DNA from: the human T2T-CHM13v2.0 reference genome, Homo sapiens
Reading direction: 5' to 3' (one strand)
Length of the DNA stretch: 64,000 nucleotides
Assembly: GCF_009914755.1 (NCBI RefSeq)
Contig: NC_060943.1
A program made the translations under genes and the position numbers. Position 1 is the first letter of the stretch. Every line of letters begins with the position of its first letter. The notes beneath the pieces are model-generated. The model was not told the DNA's origin, did not search any database, and saw only the letters and a list, made by a program, of their open reading frames with translations. Positions 18,301-30,554 of the stretch are shown here, one piece after another.

Positions 18301-21300
18301 CAAAGTTTAACTCGGGTGTGGTGAATCCAAGATTCCACTTCTGCCACCTTAACTGTAGTGGGGGTAGAGAGGATTACGGAGTATGTTCCTTCCCACAAGG
18401 AATCCATAGATGGGGAGGTAGAGGGGAGGGACTTGACCAACACTAGATCTCCTGGTTGGAACAACTCTGTTCCCTTGTCTTCGTGACATCCTTCGGGTAG
18501 GTTTTTAAGATTTTATTGATATTTTGCCAAAGAAGTTATATCTTTGACCAAACTGGCCGTTTCCTGATAAAGTAGAAGGTCATTAGTGAGAAAAGGTCAT
18601 CCATACAGCATTTCATATGGACTGAGCCCCATTTTGTGAGGAGAATTTCGGATTCTCAACAAGGCCATGGGCAACAGAGTAGGCCATGGGAAATGAGTTT
18701 CTTGTGTTAGTTTCCTTAGGTGCCTCTTGAGTGTTTCATTTGCCCTCTAGACCTTCCCTGAGGATTGTGGCCTCCAGGTGCAGTGAAGGTGATATTTTAT
18801 CCCTAGTGCCCTGGAAATTCCCTGAGTTACCGTGGCTTTAAAAGCCAGACTGTTGTCGCTTTGTAAGCTTTGGGGAAGCCCAAATCTAGGAATTATTTAA
18901 TGAATTAGGTCTTTAACCACTTCCTGAACCTTCTCTGTCTTGCAGGGGAAGGCTTCTATCCAATTTGTAAAAGCATCAACACAGACCAACAAGTATTGAA
19001 ATCCACTTGACTTAGGCATATGGGTGAAGTCTAATTGCCAGTCCTCTCCAGGATAGTGCCCTATTCTTTGTTCCCCAAGAGGGGCCTTACAATGAACCAA
19101 GGGATTATTCCTTTGGCACACCTCACAGGCTCTGACTACTTGTTGGATGGTTCAGAGGAGATTTGACCCTGTAAATAGGGATTTAGCTATTTGATGAGTG
19201 CTCTCAATACCCATATGAAAAGTTTGGTGGAGGGTCTTAAGTATTTTCCACTGGCTGGCTTCGGGTATGAGTACCTTTCCCTCTTCTGTCATTAACCACA
19301 CCAAGGGGAGAAAACTATGGCCCCGTGAAAGTCCTCATTCTGTTTCTGTCGGAGAATACTGGGGCTTAATCTCCTGGAGAGGGTTGTTCCATAACAAGGG
19401 TCCTTATTATGGGTAATAATAACAATATGGAACCTTGTTCCATAACAAGGGTATTTCTAATGGGAGGTTCTGCCTGGCAGCAATTTTAGCCTCAGCGTCT
19501 GCCTGACAGTTTCCTTCTGCCTTTTCTCCTTCACCTTTTTGATGGCTTCGGCAGTGTAAGACTGCCACCTCCTTGGGTTTTTGCACGGCGTGCAATAACT
19601 CCATGATTTTCTTGTGGTATTTAATGGGGGTACCCCCAGAAGTTAGGAACTCCCTTTCATTCCATATTGCAGCATGGCCATGTAAGATTAGATAAGCATA
19701 CTTGCTATCTGTGTACATGTTTATTCTTTTTTCCTTTCCCAGTTCTAAGGCTCAGGTGAGCGCCACTAGTTCTGCTAACTGGGCGCTGGTCCCTGGGGGA
19801 AGAGGCTTACTTTCAAGTACTGTTACATCACTAACTATGGCATAACCTGCCTTTCATATCCCGTTCTCCACAAATGAACTTCCATCGGTATATAGGTTAA
19901 GGTCAGGATTAGCTAAGGGGACTTCTAAGAGATCCTCTTGGGCAGCATAAGGCTGGGCTACAATTTGTTGGCAGTCATGCTTGATTGGTTCCCCATCCTC
20001 TGGGAGAAAAGTAACAGGGTTGAGGGCAGCACATGTGTGTATTTGAAGCACCAGCCCCTCAAGGAGTAGTGCCTGGTATCTAAGCAGATGGTTGTCTGAT
20101 AGCTATAAATTTCCTTTGGCACCCAGTATGCCATTTACATCATGAGTAGTCCAGAGGGTGAGATCCTTTCCTTGTATTATTTTGATAGCCTCTGATACTA
20201 AGATGACCACCGCCATAACTACCCATAAACAGTGAGGCCAGCCTTTTGCTACTACTTAGGTATTTCCTTACTTAGGTATGCCACTGGTTGTGGGGTTGTT
20301 CCACGAGTCTGAGTAAGGACTCCAAGAGCTATTCCCAATGTATAAAGAGAAGTTTTGTGACGTATAAAGAGAAGTTTTGTCCTGTGAGAAGGCTTAAGAC
20401 TGGAGCTTGTACTAGGGCCTGCTTTAAGGTTTTGAAGGCTGTTTCTGCCTCTGGTTCCCATTCTACTAGATAAGTATTTGCCCTCTGGGTGTCCTTGATT
20501 AGAGTATAGAGTGGCCTGGCCAACTCGCTATATCTGGGGATCCATAGTTGGCAAATGCCGATGATCCCAAGGAACACCCACAACTGCTTTAATGTCTTTG
20601 GGTGAGGAAAAGCCAATATAGGCTGTATTTGTTCTTTGCTGAGGGCCCTGGTTCCTCTGGCTAAGATTAGGCCTAGATATCTGACATGCTGTAGGCAGAG
20701 CTGGGCCTTCAATTTAGATGCCTTGTACCCTTGATTAGCTAGAAAGTTCAAGAGATGTAGAGTAGCCTGCTGGCATGAGGCTTCCGAACTGGTAGCCAAA
20801 AGTAAATCATCCACATACTGAGGGACCAGAGTGCCTGGACTTGAGAAGTGGCCTAGATCTTGGGCCAATGCCTGACCAAAGAGATGAGGACTATCCCTAA
20901 ACTCTTGAGGCAAGACCATCCACATGGGTTGGGAAGTGTGGTCTGTGGGATCCTCAAAGGCAAAGAGAAACTGGGAGTCAGAGTGCAGGAGAATGCAGAA
21001 GGTGGCATCCTTGAGGTCCAGAACAGTGAACAATTCTGCTTCCTCTGGTATTTAAGACAGCATGGTAAATGGGTTGGGTACAGCTGGATATAGAGGAATT
21101 ACTGCCTCATTGATGAGTCTAAGACCTTGCACTAGTCTCCACTGACCATTTGGTTTTTGTACTCCCAGAATTGGGGTGTTGCAGGGACTGCTGCATTTTC
21201 TTACTAAGCCTTGAACTTTTAAATGTCTAACAATATCCTGTAATCCTTTATGAGCTTCAGGTCTTAAGGGATATTGCCTTTGATAAGGAAAGGTAGTGGG

Positions 21301-21750
21301 GTCTTTTAGCCTGATTTGAACTGGGTGGGCATTTTTTGCCCTTCCAAATTGTCCTTCCAATGCCCAGACTTCAGGGTTGTTCCCTCTTCAAGTAGGGGAC
21401 AACAAATGGGTAACTTGTTCCCCATATTCATGTAAATAATAGCTCCAGCTTTGGCTAATATATCTCTCCCTAATAAGGGTGTAGAACTTTCAGGCATAAC
21501 AAGAAAGGCATGTGAAAAGAGCAGTCTCCCAATTACAAATGAGGAGGTGGGAGAAATACCTGGTTACAGGCTGTCCCAAGATTCCTCGGATGGTAACAGA
21601 CCTTGAGGACAGCCATCCAGGGCAGGAGCTTAACACTGAGAAAGCTGTGCCAGTGTCCAGGAAGAAGTCAATTTCCTGGCCCTCAATGGTTAAACTTACC
21701 CGAGGCTCAGTGAGGGTGATGACATGAGCTGGCACTTGCCCCGGGCACCC
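18294..21750 (-). pseudogene. HERV9 pro-pol remnant (protease, RT, RNase H, integrase)
   Basis: LDTG; LPQ..RDSP and YVDD; YTDGSS and YTDSKY; WQLDFTHMP; WIHHTRVK; multiple stops and frameshifts. Confidence 0.93.
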
Positions 21751-23132
21751 TCAGTCCTGTTGTTGGATCATCTGGTTGGGGGCTTCTGGCCTAGAGAAGC
21801 TTTGTCCTCTGGGGCAGTGTGCCTGCCAGTGATTGCCTTGGCATAGTGGACATGGGTGAGGGGGCGGCTTGTTTCTCATTGGACAATCTTTTTTAAAGTG
21901 TCCCTGCAGAAAAAAAACCAAACACCGCGTGTTCTCACTCATAGGTGGGAATTGAACAATGAGAACACATGGACACAGGAAGGGGAACATCACACACGGG
22001 GGCCTGTTGTGTGGTGGGGGGAGGGGGAGGGATAGCATTAGGAGATACACCTAATGTTAAATGATGAGTTAATGGGTGCAGCACACCAACATTGCACATG
22101 TATACATATGTAACAAACCTTCACGTTGTGCACATGTACCCTAAAACTTAAAGTATAATAAAAAAAAAAGTGTCCTTGCAAACCACACTGATAACAAGCC
22201 CTACTGGGTGATTGGCCTGCTCCATTTTCTGTCCTCTCTGAACCACCAAGGTTTGTTTGTCTGAGGGCCATGACTAAGTCTGCGGCCTTTCTCTTATCTC
22301 GCTTTTCCTTTTTGGCCTGTTCCTCTTGGTCCCTATTATAGAACACCAAGGTTGCCAGGTTTAATAATGCCTCCAAATTTTGTTCAGGGCCAGGGCTAGC
22401 TTTTGGAGCTTTCTCCTGATATCTGCGGCTGATTTGGTAATAAACTTATCTTTGAGGATCAATTGACCCTCGAGAGAGTCAGGTGACAGAAGAGTATATT
22501 TTCTTAAGGTCTCCCATAGTCACTCAAGGAAGGTGGTAGGATTTTCTTCCTTTCCCTGAGTTATGGTGGACTTCATTGAATGATTCATGGGCTTTTTTCT
22601 AATTCTCCATAGTCCTTCTAGAACACAGGTCAACAGATGTTTGCAACTCCAGTCCCCATGATCTGAGTCGAGGTCCCAGTGGGGATCCATACAGGGGATG
22701 GCTTGCTGACCCATAGGGAATTTGTCCCTTTCTTCAGCTGTCATTCTATCATTTACTTGACTAAGATACCAGGTATCTCCAAACTCTCAGGCTGCAGCTA
22801 AAGCCGCATTCTTTTCATTAAAGGCCAGTGTTTGATCTAACAATAGCATGACATCTCTCCAAGTGAGGTTGAAGGTTTGCCCTAGACCCTGTAGGACATC
22901 TATATACCTATAAGGATCATCTGAAAACTTCCCCAGGTCTACCTTGATCTGCTTTAAATCAGAGAGGGAGAAGGGGACATGTACCCGGGTTGGGCCAAAT
23001 TCCCCTCTCCCTACAGCTTGAAGGGGACAAAACCCATAGCCGGCGGGGGGGGGGGGGGGTGGGGGCTGTGGTACCTTGGAGATTTCTTTGCTTGTTTCTT
23101 TCTGGGTGGGGGAGATTAGAGGAGGCTTATCA
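21751..23132 (-). pseudogene. HERV9 gag remnant, 5'-deleted and interrupted by L1
   Basis: VHVPFSLSDLKQIKVDLGKFSDDP; major homology region ITQGKEENP; CCHC knuckles CYQCGLQGHF/KKDC and CPLCQGNHWQAHC; QQQD-stop. Confidence 0.92.
21909..22166 (+). mobile_element. 5'-truncated L1PA 3' end
   Basis: L1 3' UTR with A tail; 14-bp TSD AAAGTGTCC(C/T)TGCA at 21895-21908 and 22167-22180; TTTT/AA site; lacks the L1Hs-Ta ACA diagnostic. Confidence 0.92.
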
Positions 23133-23428
23133 GTTTCCATTGGCTAGAACAGGACCTTCCATTCTGTATTTGTCCTGATTGGCTAGCAACTTAGGACTTT
23201 TTAAAAGAGGCAAAGGCAGAGGAGAACAAAGGATGGAGGAAGTAACTTGTGGGATGCTGAGAAAGGTAAAAACACCTTCAGATAAGGAAGAGGAACAGAC
23301 TATGACCTAATGCTTGCTTGGACCAGTATAAGCATGCCAGGGCAAATATTTAGGCTAAATTGTGGGAGCTAAGAACATAAAGTACACTGATTTCTTTATT
23401 ACAGCTAGCAGATATTTAAGAATGTTAG

Positions 23429-25054
23429 TGAGAGGTGACAGCGTGCTGGCAGTCCTCACAGCCCTCGCTCGCTCTCGGCGCCTCCTCTGCCTGGGCTCCC
23501 ACTTTGGCGGCACTTAAGGAGCCCTTTAGCCCACCGCTGCACTGTGGGAGCCCCTTTCTGGGCTGGCCAAGGCTGGATCCGGCTCCCCCAGCTTCACGGA
23601 GGTGTGGAGGGAGAGGCACTAGCGGGAACCAGGCTGCGCACGGTGCTTGCGGGCCAGCTGGAGTTCCGGGTGGGCGTGGGCTTGGCAGGCCTGCACTCGG
23701 AGCAGCCAGCCGTCCCTGCCCCGGGCAATGAGGGTCTTAGCACCCGGGCCAATGGCTGCGGAGGGTGTGCTGGGTGCCCCAGCAGGGCCAGCCCACTGGC
23801 GCTGAGCTCGATTTCTTGCGAGGCCTTAGCTGCCTTCCCGTGGGGCAGGGCTCGGGACCCGCAGCCTGCCATGCCTGAGCCTTCCCCGCCACCACGCCCT
23901 CCTCCCCCCCGCCCTCCTCTCCCCCCCGCCCTCCTCCCCCCCGCCACCCTCCTCCCCCACTCCTCCTCCCCTCCTCCCCCCGCCCTCCTCCCCCCCACCC
24001 TCCTCCCCACCCCCCTCCCCACCCCCACCCTCCTCTCCCCCTGCCCTACCCCCCGCTCCTTCCCCCTCCTACCCCCTCCTCCCCCGCCTCCTCCTCCGTG
24101 GGCTCCTGTGCAGCCGGAGCCTCCCCGACAAGTGCCGCCCCCTGCTCCACGGCACCCAATCCCGTCGACCACCCAAGGGCTGAGGAGTGCGGGCGCATGG
24201 CGCGGGACTGGCAGGCAGCTCCACCTGCAGCCCCAGTGCAAGATCCACTGGGTGAAGCCAGCTGGGCTCCTGAGTCTAGTGGGAACTTGGAGAACCTTTA
24301 TGTCTAGCTAAAGTATTGTAAATACACCAATTGGCACTCTGTATCTAGCTCAAGGTTTGTAAACACACCAATCAGCACCCTGTGTCTAGCTCAGGGTTTG
24401 TGAATGCACCAATCGACACTCTGTATCTAGCTACTCTGGTGGGGACTTGGAGAACCTTTGTGTCGACACTCTGTAGCTAGCTAATCTAGTGGGGATGTGG
24501 AGAACCTTTGTGTCTAGCTCAGGGATTGTAAAGGCACCAATCAGCGCCCTGTCAAAACAGACCACTTGACTCTACCAGTCAGCAGGATGTGGGTGGGGCC
24601 ACATAAGAGAATAAAAGCAGGCTGCCCCAGCCAGCAGTGGTAACCCGCTTTGATCCCCTTCCACGCCGTGGAAGCTTTGTTGTTTCACTCTTTGCAATAA
24701 CTCTTGCTACTGCTCACTCTTTGGGTCCACACTGCTTTTATGAGCTGTAACACTCACCGCGAAGGTCTGCAGCTTCACTCCTGAAGCCAGCGAGACCACG
24801 AGCCCACCGGGAGAAATGAACAACTCCAGACGCGCCGCTTTAAGAGCTCTAACACTCACCGCGAAGGTCTGCAGCTTCACTCCTGAGCCAGCAAGACCAC
24901 GAACCCACCAGAAGGAAGAAACTCCGAGCACATCCGAACATCAGAAGGAACAAACTCCAGACGTGCCACCTTAAGATCTGTAACACTCACCACGAGGGTC
25001 CCCGGCTTCATTCTTGGAGTCGGTGAGACCAAGAACCCACCAATTCCGGACACA
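23429..25054 (+). mobile_element. Solo LTR12C (ERV9)
   Basis: TGAGAGGTGACAGCGTGCTGG...CCGGACACA; 4-bp TSD TTAG (23425-28, 25055-58); tandem CCAAT enhancer repeats 24290-24560; U5 repeats. Confidence 0.93.
23881..24097. repeat. C-rich low-complexity expansion inside LTR12C
   Basis: Degenerate (ccgccctcctccccc)n, nearly pure pyrimidine. Confidence 0.85.
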
Positions 25055-25164
25055 TTAGTACAGGTCTTTGAATAAATTTTGCTTCTAACAGAAGTTACTA
25101 TTTATTCCTAATTAGATGGGCAGGAAAGTCTTTGAAGAGGAACCTCTACTTTACTTTTTACTGT

Positions 25165-25360
25165 AGAGAGAGTAGTCTTTGATCTTGGGGAGATGGGGTT
25201 TTTCCTTTTGGTTTAGCTTCAGGAAGTTTGTGTTAATTGGCCTTAGGTGCCCTGCCCCCAGCCCCAGGTGTTTTTCCTTTGATTTAACTTTAGGAAATTA
25301 TCACGAATTGGCCTTAGATTCCCCGACCCCAGATCTTGGTGTTTTCACTTTTAGGAAGTC
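25165..25360 (-). mobile_element. MER4-group LTR fragment with internal ~70-bp repeats
   Basis: Repeated ttcctttgattta...aggaa...aattggccttag units, related to 15503-15641. Confidence 0.45.
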
Positions 25361-25619
25361 CGCATGAATCTTATCTATGCTCTTAACTACGTCCTAATTT
25401 TTGTGTTTTTTGTCTTTTTTATAGGAATAGGGTTTTGCCATATTGCCCAGGCTGGTCTCGAACTCCTGAGCTCAAGTGGTCTGCCTGCCTCAGCCTCCCA
25501 AAGTGCTGGGATCACTGGCGTGAGCCATCAGGCCCAGCCTCTATGTGCTAATTTTTGAACAAATTCCAATAGGAGCATTCTAGTCTCTGAGTGTGAGATG
25601 ACCAAAAATCAAGCCCTTG

Positions 25620-26244
25620 TGAGGCTGAATAGAGTCGGGAGGCAGGGAACTTAAGGCTGTTTCAGGCCGACTTCCTAGAACTAAATTGAAAGGAAAACCC
25701 TCACTTTCCTCGCCTAAATAACAAAAGGACCAGAGGCTACTCCCTTTGACCTTTTCTGCTGGCAGATAGGAAATTGGCTGTCTGCAACAAATCAGACTGA
25801 TGGCCGGTTGAGTCTTCATTTGCATAGAAGTGTAACTTTGTAACGTCGTAACTTCACCCTAGCCTTTGATTGGTTGCTTTTTGCAACCAATCAGATGTTT
25901 GCACAGGAGTGTGACCTTTGTAACTTCAGACTCTGGTTGGCTGCTTTCTGCAACCAATCAGACTGAACGCGGGCTACCGCTTCATTTACAGGAGGTGAGC
26001 ATGAAGTGGCCAATGGGAAAATTCTAGGAGGTATTGGGACTCATGAAGGTTCTGTTTCGGAGCCCTTGAGCTGCCGCTTGGCCAGTTCCCACACTGTGGA
26101 GTATGCTTTCGTTTTCAACAAATCCCAGCTCTTGTTCTTTTGTTGCTTCATTCTTTCTTTGCTTTGCTGGGCGTTTTGTCTAATTCTTTGTTCAAAACGC
26201 CAGTAACCTGGACAGCTTGCAGTCAAGACCCCCTACCGGTGACA
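25620..26244 (+). mobile_element. Solo MER51-type ERV1 LTR next to the ZNF559 promoter
   Basis: TG...CA ends, 625 bp, 4-bp TSD CTTG (25616-19, 26245-48), several CCAAT boxes. Confidence 0.82.
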
Positions 26245-26289
26245 CTTGCGCTCTTCGGGGAGGTAAACAGCATTTCCTCTCAGCTCTGG

Positions 26290-26720
26290 GTTGGAAAAAG
26301 CCGCAGCAGCTGATGGGCCCGGGAACCCGAGGCCCCGCCCCCTAGGTGGTCCTAGCCTTTGCGCGTGCGCGGCGTGTCTGCGTGGGCGCATGCGCATAAC
26401 GGCCGCCATCTTAACAGCGCGTTCCCGTTGGCGTCTGAGGTAAGTTTTTGTTTCTGGGCGGCGTCCGGTGGTGTCCCGGTGCAGCCACGCGAGAGTAGAA
26501 GGGTGGAAAGGGGAGGTGCCCAGTGAAATGGAGCCTGTCCCGTGCACTTTCGGGCATTTCGAGCATCTTGTGGGCTCTCCCAAGTCGCGGCCCCTCCTCT
26601 GAGAGCCACAGTCAGGTCTGTCCTCAGGGGTCGAGGCGGCTGCGCTGGGGCCTCGGCCCGGGAGGAGGCGGGGGGCACGGCCTTTCCATTTTCCCTGCTC
26701 CCCTCTGCAGAAGCCTCATA
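26290..26720 (+). promoter_or_regulatory. ZNF559: ZNF559 CpG-island promoter and exon 1 (donor GAG|gtaagt after 26439)
   Basis: GC box ~26333, NRF1-type GCGCGTGCGC 26361-26370 and GCGCATGCGCA 26386-26396, YY1 motif GCCGCCATCTT 26402-26412. Confidence 0.85.
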
Positions 26721-26903
26721 GGGCCCGGCGCGGCGGCTCACGCCTGTCATTCCCAGCGCTTTGGGCGGATTGGGTAGGAGGATTACTTGAGGCCAGGAGT
26801 TCAAGACCAGGCAGGGCAACATAGGGAGACCCCCCCCCCCACCATCTCTAATGGAAAAAAAAAAAAAGTCTCCACATCCAGCGTTGTGCCTTTTCTCTAT
26901 AAG

Positions 26904-26989
26904 GAACAGCATCTCTGCCTTCCTGTTCACGGTGACCTTCGCTTGGTGTCCTCCTGGCCTCAGCAACCTGACAATTCTGTCGTGTCCCG
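26904..26989 (+). other. ZNF559: ZNF559 exon 2 (86 nt; 5' UTR, or coding in an N-terminally extended isoform)
   Basis: ttttctctataag| acceptor; CCG|gtgagc donor. Confidence 0.75.
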
Positions 26990-27371
26990 GTGAGCACTTC
27001 ATGCACTTGTTCTGGCTGTGGGTGTCGGGTCTTGAAGTTTAAGTTGTGTCGAGGTGGAAAGAAACCTTTTCAGGTGGTTGTTCGAGAGCACATGGATCTG
27101 ATACCATCGAATGCATGAGTGGATGAATGCACATAACTGTAAAATTTACCACCAAGGAAAAACACAGGACTACTCAACTGTGGTTCCAGGCCATCACCTA
27201 GATCTCACTCTAGCGCCCTGTAGATTCCCCCAGAGGTTCAAAACGAGGGCATCCCCAGGAACACGGTGCGGGCTGATTTACTAGCAGGAGGGATTGAATT
27301 GATAATGAATGCGAAGATAACTTTTGACAGGTGGGTTTTCTACCAGTTACTCATTTGAAAGTCTTACTGAG

Positions 27372-28014
<643 letters not shown>

Positions 28015-28313
28015 TTAACCCTTAACTACATTCACTAGTTGTTAAGATTTGTTTCATTTTTTTGTATATGTACTTTATCATGAGCCATTTAAATTGGAAG
28101 TGAATGAACTTTCCCCTTTTAAGCGTGTATCTCAAATACCTCCTGAAAGTGAAGACAAGCTTAAAACAAGACTTCATTGTCCATCCCCACCCCCAAATCA
28201 AATCAGATTTCCCCAGCTGTCCAAAAGTCACCATAGTCACCATTATAGTTGCCAGGTTGTTTGCATGTTTTTAGATCTGTTAAATCTGTTTTTTAACTAG
28301 ACTATTCACCTGA

Positions 28314-28602
<289 letters not shown>

Positions 28603-28757
28603 CATTCACCTGAATTTTTAAAAATAAAATTTTGGCCTTTGAAGATTTCAGGAGCATTATCTTGTAAAATGCTGCCGTTCTCATGCAATGATGTTTTCCT
28701 GTGATTTTATTTGATTTACCTATGTCCTGTATTTCTTGTAAAGTGGATGTTGGGGTT

Positions 28758-29220
28758 ACAGTGGTACTGTCTAATACAAATATAATGCAAGGCACAGATG
28801 TAATTTTTAAAAATTTTAGTAGCCAAATTAGAAAATGTTAAATGTATGTGTGATATCATTTTTAATATATTAAAAATGCAGCATATCCAGTTATCAATAT
28901 AAGTTTTTGAAATTAGTGACTAATGTAGTCAGTTTAAAACTGAGACATTTCACACTTCTTTTGTACTAAGTCTTTGGAATCCTGCACGTATTTTACACTT
29001 ACAGCTAATTTTCATTGGAAATTCTTGATCTGTATTTAGAGTTTATAAAATTAACTATTGAAAAAGTAGATTAACAAACCCAGGTTGTTCCAAACATACT
29101 TAAAAGTTTTTCAATAACAATTTTATTTTTAAAGTTGAATTAAAAGTAAATAAAATTAAGAATTCATTTCCTCAGTTGCACTAGCCACATGGGGCTAGTG
29201 GCTGTTGAGTTAGACTGGCC
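28758..29220. mobile_element. MER3/MER33-type hAT (Charlie) element
   Basis: ctgtctaatacaaatataatgc...tcagttgcactagccacat...ggctagtggct. Confidence 0.55.
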
Positions 29221-29370
29221 AGATCCAAGGCTTCCATTTTCTAGGTAATGTACTGGGCTTCATATTATATCCTATCAGTAGTCACATACTACAAGTTTGT
29301 TAGTGATACTACGCATTTGGTCAAGGTACTCATCTCTGTATAGTTATGTTTTTCTTATAGTAATCTATAA

Positions 29371-29818
<448 letters not shown>

Positions 29819-30554
29819 TAACAGTTTTTTTTCCTAGTTCTGTCGTTCTTTCTCCATTCTTTAGCTGACAGTCTTAGGTGAAGAGGAGCTTTCTTTCACC
29901 ACTTTCACTGCCCTCTATACTTTTTTTCTTTTTTGGAATGTCACAACTTATTCTAATTTTTTTTCTTTTCATTCACTGTATTATAATCAATTCCTGTCAT
30001 TCGTATTGATGCTCAAACTGTCCCAATTTTGACCAATGGTAATTTTTAAATTTGGCTCTGTGTCTTGTGACACAACTCTACTAATCTGAGTGCAAAATCA
30101 GACCCCAGTTCACTTTATATTTTCCTCTTACAGACCTGGAATCAATGATTGCTCCAAAAAGTCATGTTCCTTTTAGACACTAAGGTCTGTGTGATAGGCC
30201 CACAGTGGACATCTATGGCCTTACAGTGGACATCTAGAATATGTATTTTCTTACATCATACATTTATACTCATATTCCTATTACAAACTTAAGAGGTTTT
30301 TTGTTTTTCCTTATGTTTGTATCTCTTATCTCTTATAATAAAGACCTTGACTCCTAATGACACTGATATATTATTTGTTGTAGCAACATTACCAGCTGAC
30401 TAGTATTACTACCATTACTTTATTTAGTATTGAGTTTCTTTATATTTCTTTTTGTCCTTACTAAGGATATAAAGTTCAAACATTTGCTTGAACTCAGTTT
30501 TTTTCTCTGTGTGGTTATGTTATGAATTTGACATACTATTAGGCTTGTTTGTCT

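Larger units (their letters stand above)
23132..25162 (-). mobile_element. Truncated LTR10-type (HERV-I) LTR U3, split by LTR12C (pieces 25055-25162 and 23132-23428)
   Basis: Minus strand gtaaaaagtaaagtagaggttcctcttcaaagactttcc...gccaatggaaac, continuous once LTR12C and one TTAG are removed. Confidence 0.65.

Noticed and set aside
20329-21033. Functional reverse transcriptase ORF
   Set aside because: Only a fragment, with upstream and downstream breaks and LPQG changed to LPQE
23330-23349. p53 response element in the LTR10-type sequence (AAGCATGCCA GGGCAAATAT)
   Set aside because: Second half-site lacks the CWWG core
23435-24311. 255-aa Pro-rich and 215-aa Gly/Arg-rich ORFs
   Set aside because: Arise from GC-rich LTR12C and the C-rich expansion, which lack stops by composition
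24290-25000. Regular repeats resembling a CRISPR-like array
   Set aside because: Standard LTR12 U3 enhancer and U5 tandem repeats with no unique spacers
23429-25054. LTR12C as the 5' LTR of the HERV9 provirus
   Set aside because: Opposite strand, own 4-bp TSD, different length from the 3' LTR, no PBS or leader
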